Below are positions 52,701-62,015 of a stretch of 64,000 nt of DNA, in pieces. The DNA is from an uncultured Chloroflexia bacterium. Lineage in GTDB: Bacteria; Chloroflexota; Anaerolineae; CG2-30-64-16. The notes under the pieces are model-generated. The model searched no databases, was not told the DNA's origin, and saw only the letters and a list, made by a program, of their open reading frames with translations. Position 1 is the first letter of the stretch. Each line of letters starts with the position of its first letter. The stretch covers positions 704,001 through 768,000 of the forward strand of contig CAVZDU010000002.1 of the NCBI GenBank assembly GCA_963774265.1, in the 5' to 3' direction. The translations under genes were made by a program, and so were the position numbers.

Positions 52701-52894
52701 GCCCGATCGTGGTCGGGCCAGAAGAGGGCCAGCAGGTGATCACGGGTCAGCGGACGGTCATGCGCGGCAAGATAGAAGACGAGCGCCCGGTTCTTGCGGC
52801 GCACTTTCGCCAGCGGTTGGCCGGCCATGCATAATTGCGGCGCGCCGAAGAGTGTAATGGAAAATAGCTGCGATTCCTGTGTCACCCTTTTCAC
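49717..52894 (-). CDS. BTAD + AAA ATPase + TPR transcriptional activator; frameshift near 49900
   Basis: RALVFYLA, LYRGPFLEG, PFVGRSAEL, GEPGIGKTRL, LDDLHWAD, EGNPYFL; alternate frame gives RIRIWL..LEEIDHLELSLSHA*. Confidence 0.9.
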
Positions 52895-53275
52895 CCGGTC
52901 AAGCAGTCACGCTGGCTCGATTGTCCACCTACCGGGCGCTGGAGGCTGTGGCTGGGCATACCGTCCGCCGTATCAGACTCGAAGCAATGCGCTGGTACGA
53001 GCATTCTTGAGGAAACGCCCCACAAGCTCGCGTCCGCTCCTGCGCGCAGCGCTTAGTTCAAGTCCAGCTTAGGGAAAGCTGTACAGCGGCGGCGCGTTTC
53101 TTGTCCTCCAAGGGTGCGCCGCGCGATACTTAGCGGAAGCTGCCCCCGGCTCCTGTTGATGGTATGATGTCTTAATTATTACGCGGCGGCAGATCTACGG
53201 ACATAGGACTGTCTCAAGCCCTTCTCTTTTTCGGTCGTCCCGGCAAGCACCGTGGTCACCATAGGAGGTTTTACC

Positions 53276-53926
53276 ATGAGAGGTCAAATCCTGAGACTGC
53301 TCCCCGTCGCGACTATGTGCCTCTTGATCGTTGCCGGCTGTGCGACATCCCCGCAGCTAGCTCCATCCGCTCCGACCTTGTTGTCACCTTCACCGACGCC
53401 GACACCCACCCTCGACCCGCGCATGAAACTCGCCCAGGCGTTCCAAGACGGGTTGAACCGAGGCGACGGTGCAGCGGTCGCCTCGCTCTTTGTGGATGAG
53501 GGGATGGGCTACATGGATTCCGGCTACCTGATCAAGGACAGGGCCGGAGTGGCCGACTATGTCGACGAAGGCGCCCCTCGGCATTGGAGCCTGCAGCTCA
53601 GCGAGTGCGCAGCGCAAGGCGCCCTGTGGCATTGCAGGGCGGTGGAGCGCGAGGATTGTATGAAGGCCGCAACGGGCAAGGAAGAATTGCGGACCGACAT
53701 GACGCTCATACCGAAGGATGGCCAAATTCAGTACATCGAGTTCAAGCCCTCGGCGGAGGACAGCGAGGCGACCGGGAAGGCAAGCGAGAAGTTCTGGACC
53801 TGGGTCCAGGCCGAGCGGGCCGCTGAGTGGCCAAAGATCGCCACGCCCGAGACCGCGCTGAAGGGGCGCGAGCGCGGCGAGCTGCTCTCAACGCTCTGCA
53901 AGGAGTACATGGAGACCCACAAGTAG
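53276..53926 (+). CDS. Lipoprotein with possible NTF2/SnoaL-like fold
   Basis: AGGAGG RBS, lipobox VAGC, FQDGLNRGDGAAVASLF, DGQI. Confidence 0.75.
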   Translation: MRGQILRLLPVATMCLLIVAGCATSPQLAPSAPTLLSPSPTPTPTLDPRMKLAQAFQDGLNRGDGAAVASLFVDEGMGYMDSGYLIKDRAGVADYVDEGAPRHWSLQLSECAAQGALWHCRAVEREDCMKAATGKEELRTDMTLIPKDGQIQYIEFKPSAEDSEATGKASEKFWTWVQAERAAEWPKIATPETALKGRERGELLSTLCKEYMETHK

Positions 53927-54057
53927 CGTTTGAGGCAGGGGGAGGCCGGCGCCGCGCACGACCAAGCCGTATGATCGCACCAGCGACGCCATCAGGGCTG
54001 AGGCTAGGCCTCAGCTTGGCGGAATGGATTCCGCATAATAACGAGATGTCTTAGCAA

Positions 54058-54837
54058 ATGGAGGATGACATCATTACCAGGCGAGGTTCTCTAAAGGAAT
54101 CAAGTTCGGCTAAGCCCCGCACCTTCATCCTGGTGCATGGTGCGTGGCACGGGGGCTGGTGCTGGCGCCGTGTAACCGATATTCTCACGACTCGCGGGCA
54201 CAGGGTATTCGCGCCCAGCCTCACCGGATTGGGGGATCGTGCGCATCTCTTCTCCAAGGACATATCTCTGCAGACTCATGTGGAAGACATCCTTTCCGTG
54301 ATTGAAACTGAGGAGTTGAGCGACTTCGTTCTCGTTGGACATAGCTATGGAGGCTTTGTGATCTCCGGCGTCGCAGACACACTCCGGAAGCGCGTTTCTC
54401 GCTATGTTTACTTGGATGGTAGTGTTCCACCCGATATGTCGCCAGGCGCATCCTTCAGTTGGGCTGGCTTTAATCCCCCCGACGCATGTGAAGCACGATT
54501 GAAGTCGGTACGAGAAGAGGGTAAAGGTGTGGCGCTCCCGGCACCTCCGCCCAGTGCCTTCGCTGTGACCAAGCCCTCGGACGCCGCTTGGCTGCAGCGG
54601 CGCTTGCGGCCTATGCCAGTCGGCACCTATATCGGAACCTTTACGTTCAAGAACTCTGGGAGCAATGGATTGAAGCGCACTTACATTGCTTCGATCAAAC
54701 CGCTTTATGCTTTGCTCGTCCCTACCCATAACCGGATAAGGGCGGACAATACCTGGTCGTTCACGACCATAGAGGCAGGTCACGACTCAATGGTGACAGC
54801 CCCCGACGAGCTGGCTTCCCTGTTAATGGTGGTCTGA
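54058..54837 (+). CDS. Alpha/beta hydrolase (methylesterase-like)
   Basis: FILVHGAWHGGWCW, LVGHSYGG, YLDG, GHDSM. Confidence 0.92.
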   Translation: MEDDIITRRGSLKESSSAKPRTFILVHGAWHGGWCWRRVTDILTTRGHRVFAPSLTGLGDRAHLFSKDISLQTHVEDILSVIETEELSDFVLVGHSYGGFVISGVADTLRKRVSRYVYLDGSVPPDMSPGASFSWAGFNPPDACEARLKSVREEGKGVALPAPPPSAFAVTKPSDAAWLQRRLRPMPVGTYIGTFTFKNSGSNGLKRTYIASIKPLYALLVPTHNRIRADNTWSFTTIEAGHDSMVTAPDELASLLMVV

Positions 54838-54872
54838 AACGCATGCGGTTAAGTCCGCCATGGGCCGGCATC

Positions 54873-55996
54873 TAAGTAGGTAACAGAAAATTCGGGGCAC
54901 TTCTTCGTTGCCTGATATACTGGGGTTACGGAGGGTGCCATGATCTATGTACGAACACCAACGGATGCTGAACTGCAAGAGCTCAAGCGAATGACCCGCC
55001 ATGAGATCGGGCGGGTTAGCCAACGAGCGCAGATGGTTCTGCTCTCAGCGCAGCAGCGCACGGTGCCTGAGATCGCCGTCATCTTTGGCGTCAAGTACAA
55101 GACCGTGCGCAAATGGCTCCGCCGCTTCAATGCGGCCGGGCCGGCCGGACTGTATGATGAGCCGCGCAGTGGGCGGCCGCGGACGCTGACCGACCGTGTC
55201 CGTGACACTTTGGTCGACATGAGCGAGCAGGATCCCGAGCAGTCGGACTATCCCGCGACCTTGTGGACGGTTGCGATGCTGGCCTTAGCCTTGGCCGAGA
55301 AGATCGGCGTGTATCTGAGCCATAGCACCCTGCGTCAGACGCTGCATGCGGCCGGCCTGGCCTGGAGCCGCCCACGACTCGCCATGCCCCGCAAGACTGA
55401 TCCGCAGAAGGCGGCCAAGCAGTGGGCAATAGTGCAGGCCGTGATTGGGGCTGGCCCAGCTGCAGTCGTGCTGTACGCCGACGAATCGCGCATCCAGATG
55501 CTACCGTTGATTCGAGCAATGTGGCATCGGCTGGGCCAGCAGATCCGTGTCCCGACGCCCGGCAGCAATCAGACGCGCAGCCTATTTGGAGCGCTCAACA
55601 TTCGCACGGGCCAGTGGACGTGGTTGATCCGCGAGCATATGCACAAAGAAGACTTCATCACTTTCCTGGAACACCTGTTGACGGTGTATGCCAGCGGTCC
55701 GATCATTCTGATCGTCGATAACTACTCCAGCCATACGGCTAAGGCCATCGATGCCTGGCTGACTGAGCACCCGCGACTCCAGTTGCACTACCTGCCGAAG
55801 TACTGCTCGCATCTGAATCCGGTTGAGAACATCTGGCTGCGTCTCAAAGGCCAGACCGCCGCTGACCGCTTGTACGGTTCGCTGCATGGTCTGCTGGACG
55901 CCGTCACACGCTTCTTCGACCATATGACGCCAGCGATGGCGTTGACCTGGGCCAGTCTCGACTGAAAAGTGACCCGTACTTTTTGTGACATACTTA
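54873..55996 (+). mobile_element. Complete IS630-family insertion sequence flanked by TA
   Basis: Imperfect ~30-bp TIRs TA-AGTAGGTAACAGAAAATTCGGGGCACTT and AAGTGACCCGTACTTTTTGTGACATACT-TA around a single transposase. Confidence 0.88.
54940..55965 (+). CDS. IS630-family transposase
   Basis: HTH, PRSGRP, DES / DNYSSH / LPKYCSHLNPVENIW DDE triad. Confidence 0.95.
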   Translation: MIYVRTPTDAELQELKRMTRHEIGRVSQRAQMVLLSAQQRTVPEIAVIFGVKYKTVRKWLRRFNAAGPAGLYDEPRSGRPRTLTDRVRDTLVDMSEQDPEQSDYPATLWTVAMLALALAEKIGVYLSHSTLRQTLHAAGLAWSRPRLAMPRKTDPQKAAKQWAIVQAVIGAGPAAVVLYADESRIQMLPLIRAMWHRLGQQIRVPTPGSNQTRSLFGALNIRTGQWTWLIREHMHKEDFITFLEHLLTVYASGPIILIVDNYSSHTAKAIDAWLTEHPRLQLHYLPKYCSHLNPVENIWLRLKGQTAADRLYGSLHGLLDAVTRFFDHMTPAMALTWASLD

Positions 55997-56087
55997 GCCA
56001 CCGCATGGAGCCGACGCAACCGCTTTGCGGCAAGCGTCGACTCTGAAGCCAGTCATGCGGTTGCGCGGCTCATGCGGCACGTTGGGT
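55995..56087 (+). other. Integron attC site with its R'' end interrupted by the IS630
   Basis: CCGCATG[G]AGCCG[A]CGCAACCGC pairs with GCGGTTGCGCGGCTCATGCGG, leaving two extrahelical bases; ends in GTTGGGT (GTTRRRY). Confidence 0.75.
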
Positions 56088-56232
56088 AATCAAGTGACTC
56101 GCACCTGCGCCCTCACAGAAGTGTTGCGGAGGCTACCGGCAGTCCGCTCTGCGCTTTGCGCTTAGTTCAATACCTGGTTGGGAGAAGCCGAACGACGGCG
56201 GCGCGTTGCCTGTCCGCTAAGGGCCAGTTGCC

Positions 56233-56322
56233 TTGATCGGGGTGATGGTCTACTCATTCGCGCGGGTGGGAGCGGTGGTCGGCATGAGTGTGGAGGACTA
56301 CTTTCAGGAAGGCAAGCGGCAT
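56233..56322 (+). pseudogene. Tyrosine recombinase fragment (box I region)
   Basis: LIGVMVYSFARVGAVVGMSVEDYFQEGKR; similarity lasts only about 30 codons. Confidence 0.6.
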
Positions 56323-56683
56323 CAATTTTCACTTGACGTACCTGTCATGCGGCGCGACAATGATTCTGCTACGTCCATTGTGGCAGGCGGTCGGCACGGC
56401 AGCGACTGTTTGAATCGCCATATAGATGACACTCTCTTCTTCCCGGCTTAGTTCAACTTGAGATCATGTAGCGGCTTCCGCCTCGACCGACCAGTTCTCG
56501 TCAATACCCGTGCGTCGGCTGGGCAGCGTGTCGCGTTAACTACGGCGCGCCACATGAATCCTTAATCCGTTAATCCGTTAGGCCGCACGCGTTTTCTGAA
56601 TCTTTGGCTGAGCAAATCGTCTTGTCGTGCAGCTCACGTGGCGGCCATCGCGCTCCATTTCCTTGCAAGAAAGGAGAATTGAA

Positions 56684-57529
56684 ATGAACATCTCGTCTTT
56701 CATCAAACGTCACCCGGTCTTGACCTACTTCGCCCTCACGTTCGCTCTCTCGTGGGGCAGCTGGCTCCTGCTCACCGGCGGCGCTCCGATGCGGTCCGAT
56801 CCGCGGTTCATGTTCATAGTCCTGGCGGCGCCCGTCGCCCCCGCTATCGCCGGCCTCCTGATGACCGGTCTCACAGCTGGAAGGGCCGGCTATCGCGAGT
56901 TGCTCGCCCGGCTGTTCCGGTGGCGCGTACAAGCGCGCTGGTACGGAGTGGCACTCTTGCCGGCTCCGCTCGTGGCGATAATGACAGGCGTACTCCTTTC
57001 ACTGTCGCTGCGTTCCCCTGAGTTCCTCCCTGTCATCTTCACAACGGCCGACCCAGTTGGACTGCTTCTGCCCGGTGTTATCGGGGGACTCCTGGTCGGT
57101 TTGTGCGAGGAACTAGGGTGGACAGGGTTCGCCATCCCCCGCCTGCGACTGCGGTACAGCGTCCTGGCCACCGGGCTGCTCGTGGGCGTTGTGTGGGGCG
57201 CGTGGCACGCCCCGTTGTTCGCGAGAAGCGACAGCTTCGCAGGAGCGCTTCCTCTGGCCCTCTTGCTCCTTCAGCTCTTCTCCTGGTTGCCGGCCTACCG
57301 GGTGCTGATGGTGTGGGCGTACGACCGCACGGGGAGCCTGCTCGTCGCGATGCTCATGCACGTCAGTCTAGCGGCCACCTCGATCATCCTTCCCCCGCCG
57401 GAGATGTCCGATATGCAGTCTTTGACCAGCATTCTCGTGTCGGCGGCCACCTGGTGGCTCCTCGTTGCAGCGGTCGCCGTGGCCAACCGGCGGCAGACTA
57501 AAGGGGTTGCAGTGGGTCAAACTCGCTAG
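56684..57529 (+). CDS. CPBP/Abi (CAAX protease-like) intramembrane glutamic endopeptidase; cassette-like
   Basis: EELGWTGF, WGAWHAP, GSLLVAMLMH; flanked by GTTAGGCCGC (56577) and GCGGCCTAAC (57534). Confidence 0.92.
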   Translation: MNISSFIKRHPVLTYFALTFALSWGSWLLLTGGAPMRSDPRFMFIVLAAPVAPAIAGLLMTGLTAGRAGYRELLARLFRWRVQARWYGVALLPAPLVAIMTGVLLSLSLRSPEFLPVIFTTADPVGLLLPGVIGGLLVGLCEELGWTGFAIPRLRLRYSVLATGLLVGVVWGAWHAPLFARSDSFAGALPLALLLLQLFSWLPAYRVLMVWAYDRTGSLLVAMLMHVSLAATSIILPPPEMSDMQSLTSILVSAATWWLLVAAVAVANRRQTKGVAVGQTR

Positions 57530-57533
57530 AATT

Positions 57534-57651
57534 GCGGCCTAACATGGCGTGCAGTTGATCTGCTGATTTTTCCTCGGCCCGAAATTGGGTCACACTTCCT
57601 TCTGTCGGTATCTCATTCCCTTCACGACAAGCTCGAGGCCGTTGGGCGGCC
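57534..57651 (+). other. Degenerate attC-like site
   Basis: Begins GCCTAAC just after the CPBP stop and ends GTTGGGC before the next gene; internal pairing is poor. Confidence 0.55.
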
Positions 57652-57693
57652 CCTGACACGATCTCCCAGTGAGCATTCTGGAAAGGACGATAA

Positions 57694-58704
57694 ATGACGA
57701 TTCGCCCACCCACACTCGATCCCATAGCAAGGCTTTACAATATCTCGCTTTCTCAATTGCAGCCGGTGGCGGGAGGTCATTTTACACATGTCTACGAGTA
57801 TACTGATAACAATCGGGCTTGCATCTTAAGAATCACGCCACCTAACACGCATGTCGATCTACTTTCTATGCGAGCCACGTTAGAGTGGCTGGCTTTTTTG
57901 TCAGCTCATGCGGGGCCCGTTCCTCGCCCGATACATTCTCGGAATGGCAACTTGATCGAGGTGGTGAAGTTTGAAGATCAAGCCTACATCGCCGGCGCCT
58001 TTGAAAAAGCGCCTGGGGTATTGGCGGAAGGCATGTCGCCTGCCGATTGGCACGATGAACTCTTTCAAGCGTTGGGACGCACGGTGGGTCATTGTCATCG
58101 AGTGGCCCAACTCTATGTTCCGGCACATGCGGACTTCAGACGCCCGGAATGGGATTGCACCGACAGCCTCTTCAATCCCGAAGAAGAGCTGCTGAGGGCT
58201 GATGGCCTCCTTTTGGAGAGACGCGCCCAAGTGTTATCAGTCATCCAATCGCTGCCGAAAAATCGCGACAGTTACGGGTTAGCGCACCTGGACTTGCACT
58301 TTGGGAACTTTTTTGTTGATATGGCCCAGCAACGGATCCTGCTTTTTGACTTTGATAATTGTGCATATGGCTGGTATATCATGGACCTCGCCATGCTGTT
58401 GTTTGATGTGCTGGTAGTCTACGCCGGTTTAGATCGGTTGCAGTTTGGCGAGCGATTCTTGGAGAATGTGCTACGTGGTTATCACACACAGGTGCCGCTT
58501 AGCCGATTTTGGGTCAGCCAGTTGCCGCACTTTCTGAAGCTGCTGGAAATCGGTGTATACCTGACGCTATATCAGACTTATGATCCGGTAACGGCAGACG
58601 AGTGGGTGAGTAAGTTCATGCCGGAGCGGCGTTATCGGATTGAGCATAAGATACCGTATGTGGATTTGGACTTTGAAGCCCTGTATAGCAGGGCCACGTC
58701 ATAA
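57694..58704 (+). CDS. APH/homoserine kinase type II-like phosphotransferase
   Basis: CILRIT, YGLAHLDLHFGNF, LFDFDNC..GWYIMDLA. Confidence 0.9.
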   Translation: MTIRPPTLDPIARLYNISLSQLQPVAGGHFTHVYEYTDNNRACILRITPPNTHVDLLSMRATLEWLAFLSAHAGPVPRPIHSRNGNLIEVVKFEDQAYIAGAFEKAPGVLAEGMSPADWHDELFQALGRTVGHCHRVAQLYVPAHADFRRPEWDCTDSLFNPEEELLRADGLLLERRAQVLSVIQSLPKNRDSYGLAHLDLHFGNFFVDMAQQRILLFDFDNCAYGWYIMDLAMLLFDVLVVYAGLDRLQFGERFLENVLRGYHTQVPLSRFWVSQLPHFLKLLEIGVYLTLYQTYDPVTADEWVSKFMPERRYRIEHKIPYVDLDFEALYSRATS

Positions 58705-58820
58705 ATTAAGGCCGCCCAGAGTAGAATTGGGCTAAGAATGGAACCGACTCTGCCGCCTTCAGAAGATTATGAGCATGGCTGCTTCTCAAGCGCTGCGACA
58801 GGCGACCAGGATACGACTTG

Positions 58821-59282
58821 ATGGCCTCTGAAGATATCTACAACTACATCAAGGTCAGTGACGAGATCGTTACCGCTGGACAACCAACTGCGGAGCAACT
58901 CAAATCGTTGGCGGCGGAAGGCTTTTCGGCAGTCGTCAACCTTGCCACCGTCGATCCTGCTCGCTCGCCGGCGAATGAAGCCGATCTGATACGCTCGCTG
59001 GGTATAACCTACTACCATATCCCCGTGGATTGGGAAAACCCGAAAGACACGGACTTTGCGACATTTGAGCAAACCATGTTGCAAATTCCGGGGGGCAGAA
59101 CTCTGATACATTGCACCGCCAACTTCCGGGCGACTGCCTTTTACTCGCTGTACGCCCAGAAGCATCTCGGATGGTCGGCATCCCAAGCCGACGAGTTTCG
59201 CGCGGCCATCTGGAAAGGCAGTGATTACCCTATTTGGCGTGAGTTTATCGCTCGCATGCAGGCTCGGATTGTGACCCGGTAA
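58821..59282 (+). CDS. DUF442 / PTP-like phosphatase or sulfurtransferase
   Basis: TAGQPTAEQL, VVNLA, HIPVDW, IHCTANFRATAF. Confidence 0.85.
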   Translation: MASEDIYNYIKVSDEIVTAGQPTAEQLKSLAAEGFSAVVNLATVDPARSPANEADLIRSLGITYYHIPVDWENPKDTDFATFEQTMLQIPGGRTLIHCTANFRATAFYSLYAQKHLGWSASQADEFRAAIWKGSDYPIWREFIARMQARIVTR

Positions 59283-59309
59283 CTTGGATGCGCCACGCAA
59301 TTGGTTGGG

Positions 59310-59403
59310 GCCGTCCAACCCGCGGTTGCAGGCGACTCACACCAGCGCTCTTGCAGCACCGTTATTCAAGCTTCTGGCAGCCCTGCGCTTTGCGCTTAGT
59401 TCA
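59310..59403 (+). other. Left half of an attC-like site
   Basis: GTCCAAC-CCGCGGTTGCAGGCGAC after the stop codon, plus a 21-mer shared with 56149-56169. Confidence 0.5.
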
Positions 59404-59428
59404 GCTCGTGAAGGAGTAGCTTACCTTA

Positions 59429-59890
59429 TCAGTTCGTCTTCTGCACCGCGGGCGGCAGCCACGGCTTCTCCGCATCGAACAACGCGTCCCCAGGCCAGTA
59501 CATCCTCAGATCCACCATGAAGTTGTCCTCCGGCGCCGGGAGCCAGTTGCACTCCGTCTCGTCTGTTGGACGCTCGACTTGGAGGTACAACGTCAGCGAA
59601 CCATCCGGGTTGAGGCATGGGATGCGGCCCTGGCTTCCCGGCAGACCCAGGGCATACCGGTTGCTCGAGTTGTCCACGAGCCCGTAGCCGGGTATCTGGT
59701 ACATGGTCACCGACCAGAAGCCGTTGATGTTCACAGGCGGCAACTGGCCCGTGGGGAATGTGATCTGGTAGCGGTTGTTGTTGGCGCCGGTCAAGGGCTG
59801 GCCCGTCGCATCCTCGCTAGCCGTCGCATACACGGCGTCCTTGTAATAGTTTGCACCTAGCCCGAGGTAGCGGTCGCGTAGAGCGTATCG
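59429..59890 (-). pseudogene. DUF1214 domain (C-terminal part of a DUF1254/DUF1214 protein), 5'-truncated
   Basis: GLGAN..AVY, PLTGA, LPPV..GFWSVTMY, NPDGSLTLY, NWLPAP, RMYWP. Confidence 0.75.
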
Positions 59891-60253
59891 ACGTTGGGCT
59901 GCACCACATACTTGAAGCTGGCGTCCGGCAGTTTCGTCGCCATTGCGAACCGGTTGATTGGAGCGCGGAGAGCCACGCTTATGGCGTCTGAGACGTTGGT
60001 AGCCGCTCGCAATGACGCTCATCATATGTTGGGTAGCAGAATTCATCGCAAGCGGGACACGGCATGATGCCCCGCGATCCGGTGCGGGTTGATGGGCTGG
60101 TCAACGCCGGCAGAAAAGTGGGAGAGGATATTGGGTTGATCTACAATAATTCGTTAGCCCGCCTCGCGCTCCGACCACGCATCTACCGACTTGCTCGTCC
60201 GCATCACTCACCCTATACTGGGGTCAATCGCTGGCTTACGTCAAGGAGGAACC

Positions 60254-61084
60254 ATGCCGCTGACGGATCAGATCATCCTCATTACCGGCGGTGGCCGCGG
60301 GCTCGGGCACGCCTTTGCGGACGCACTTGCGGCTGCAGGTGCCCATGTCGTCGTGACGGCCCGATCCGTTCCTGAACTCCAGCGCACGGTGGATGCTATC
60401 ACGCAGCGTGGTGGACGGGCCACGGCCATGCCCGCCGACGTCACCGATCCGGCGGCGATCCAGCGGGTGGTCATGACCATTGAAGCCCATGTCGGGCCGA
60501 TTGATCTGCTGATCAACAGTGCCGGGACCTTTCGCGCCTTTGGAGCGATAGCGACCGTTGACCCCGACGACTGGTGGCGTGAGGTCGAGATCAATGTGCG
60601 CGGCCCCTTCTTGTGTACGCATGCCGTCCTGCCGGCCATGATCCAACGCGGCCGTGGGCGCATTATCAACCTCGCGAGCGGGGCGGGACTCCAACCGTTT
60701 GAAACCATCTCAGCCTACAGTCTGAGCAAGACAGCGGTGATTCGCCTCACGGAGAGCACCGCCCTCGAAACCCAGCCCTATGGCATTGCTGTGTTTGCGA
60801 TCGATCCGGGGACGGTGCGGACCCCGATGACCGCCCATGTCGTCGAGTCGCCCGCGGTGGCGCAGCAGGCACCGCTCGTCCGCCAGTGGTTTGATCAGTT
60901 GTATGCGACCAATGGGGATACGCCGATCACCCAGGCGGTGGAGCTGGTGCTGGCGTTAGCCACCGGACAGGCCGATGCGTTGACAGGCTGTTATCTCAGC
61001 GTTGAGGACAATCTGGCAGCATTGATCCAGCAGGCTGGTCAGATTCAGCAGACGAGCCGGCGGAAACTGCGGGTCACCCTCTGA
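60254..61084 (+). CDS. SDR family oxidoreductase
   Basis: ITGGGRGLG, LINSAG, YSLSK, PGTVRT; AAGGAGG RBS. Confidence 0.93.
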   Translation: MPLTDQIILITGGGRGLGHAFADALAAAGAHVVVTARSVPELQRTVDAITQRGGRATAMPADVTDPAAIQRVVMTIEAHVGPIDLLINSAGTFRAFGAIATVDPDDWWREVEINVRGPFLCTHAVLPAMIQRGRGRIINLASGAGLQPFETISAYSLSKTAVIRLTESTALETQPYGIAVFAIDPGTVRTPMTAHVVESPAVAQQAPLVRQWFDQLYATNGDTPITQAVELVLALATGQADALTGCYLSVEDNLAALIQQAGQIQQTSRRKLRVTL

Positions 61085-61268
61085 ACCCAGCCGGGGCGCG
61101 GTGGGTCAAGCGGGGGCGAGCCGGCGTCTTTGGTCGCAGGAAACGGCTTTGCGGTCATAGTGGCTTGTGGTAACATTTATCCCAGCCAGCCTAAAGCCCC
61201 AGCTATCTGACCACCACCGAGGTCTGATCAGATCGCGGTTTCTCTCGACTTTCCGCCAGGATCGGGTC

Positions 61269-62000
61269 ATGAGTGCCGAAAACACCCAGTTCGACATCTT
61301 CCTCTCCCACAACGGTGCGGACAAGCCCGCCGTTGAGGCGCTCGCGCAACGACTGCTGGCGGCCGGGTTCAAGCCCTGGCTGGACTCCTGGAACCTGATC
61401 CCCGGCGACCCCTGGCAGGAAGGACTTGAGGAGGCGCTGGACACCTGCGGCACTTGCGCCGTGTTCCTGGGCCCCTCCGGCGTCGGCCCCTGGCACAACG
61501 AGGAAATGCGCGTCGCGCTGGACCGCCGCGCCCACGACCCCACCCGCAGCTTCCGGGTGATCCCCGTCCTGCTCCCGGGCGCCAACCCTGCTGACTCGGC
61601 TACACTCCCGCGTTTCCTGAGCCGAATGACCTGGGTGGATTTCCGCGGCGGGCTGGATGATGCCGAAGCGTTTCGCCGCCTGGTGGCAGGCATACGCGGC
61701 GTCGCACCCGGCCCCGGCGCATCCACCGGCGCCAGGGCAACGCCGCCAGCATCAGCCAGCGCGCCCACCTCGCAAGCCCTGACCTCCACCCCGCGCTGGC
61801 TGCTGGAAGCAGAGCTGACCCGTCTTCGGGCCCAATACGACACCTGGAGCCGGCGCATTGCGGCCCTCGACGCCGACATCGGCCGGGCGTTGGGCAACCT
61901 GGAGAAGCAAGTGTTGGAAGAACGCCGGGCCGAAGTGGCTGCCGAGCGCCAGAAGGTCGCCGACCAGATGCAGGAGATCGAGGCTAAACTGAACACCTGA
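61269..62000 (+). CDS. TIR domain protein with C-terminal helical/coiled-coil domain
   Basis: FDIFLSHNGADK, WLDSWNLIPG, PWHNEEM, RVIPVLLPG, linker, then LEAELTRLRAQYD..QEIEAKL. Confidence 0.88.
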   Translation: MSAENTQFDIFLSHNGADKPAVEALAQRLLAAGFKPWLDSWNLIPGDPWQEGLEEALDTCGTCAVFLGPSGVGPWHNEEMRVALDRRAHDPTRSFRVIPVLLPGANPADSATLPRFLSRMTWVDFRGGLDDAEAFRRLVAGIRGVAPGPGASTGARATPPASASAPTSQALTSTPRWLLEAELTRLRAQYDTWSRRIAALDADIGRALGNLEKQVLEERRAEVAAERQKVADQMQEIEAKLNT

Positions 62001-62015
62001 TAGTGACGAGCTGCC

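Noticed and set aside
56233-56451. Integron integrase for the attC array
   Set aside because: Only about 30 codons resemble a tyrosine recombinase, and the YSFAR box I is not the IntI-type YGxGLR.
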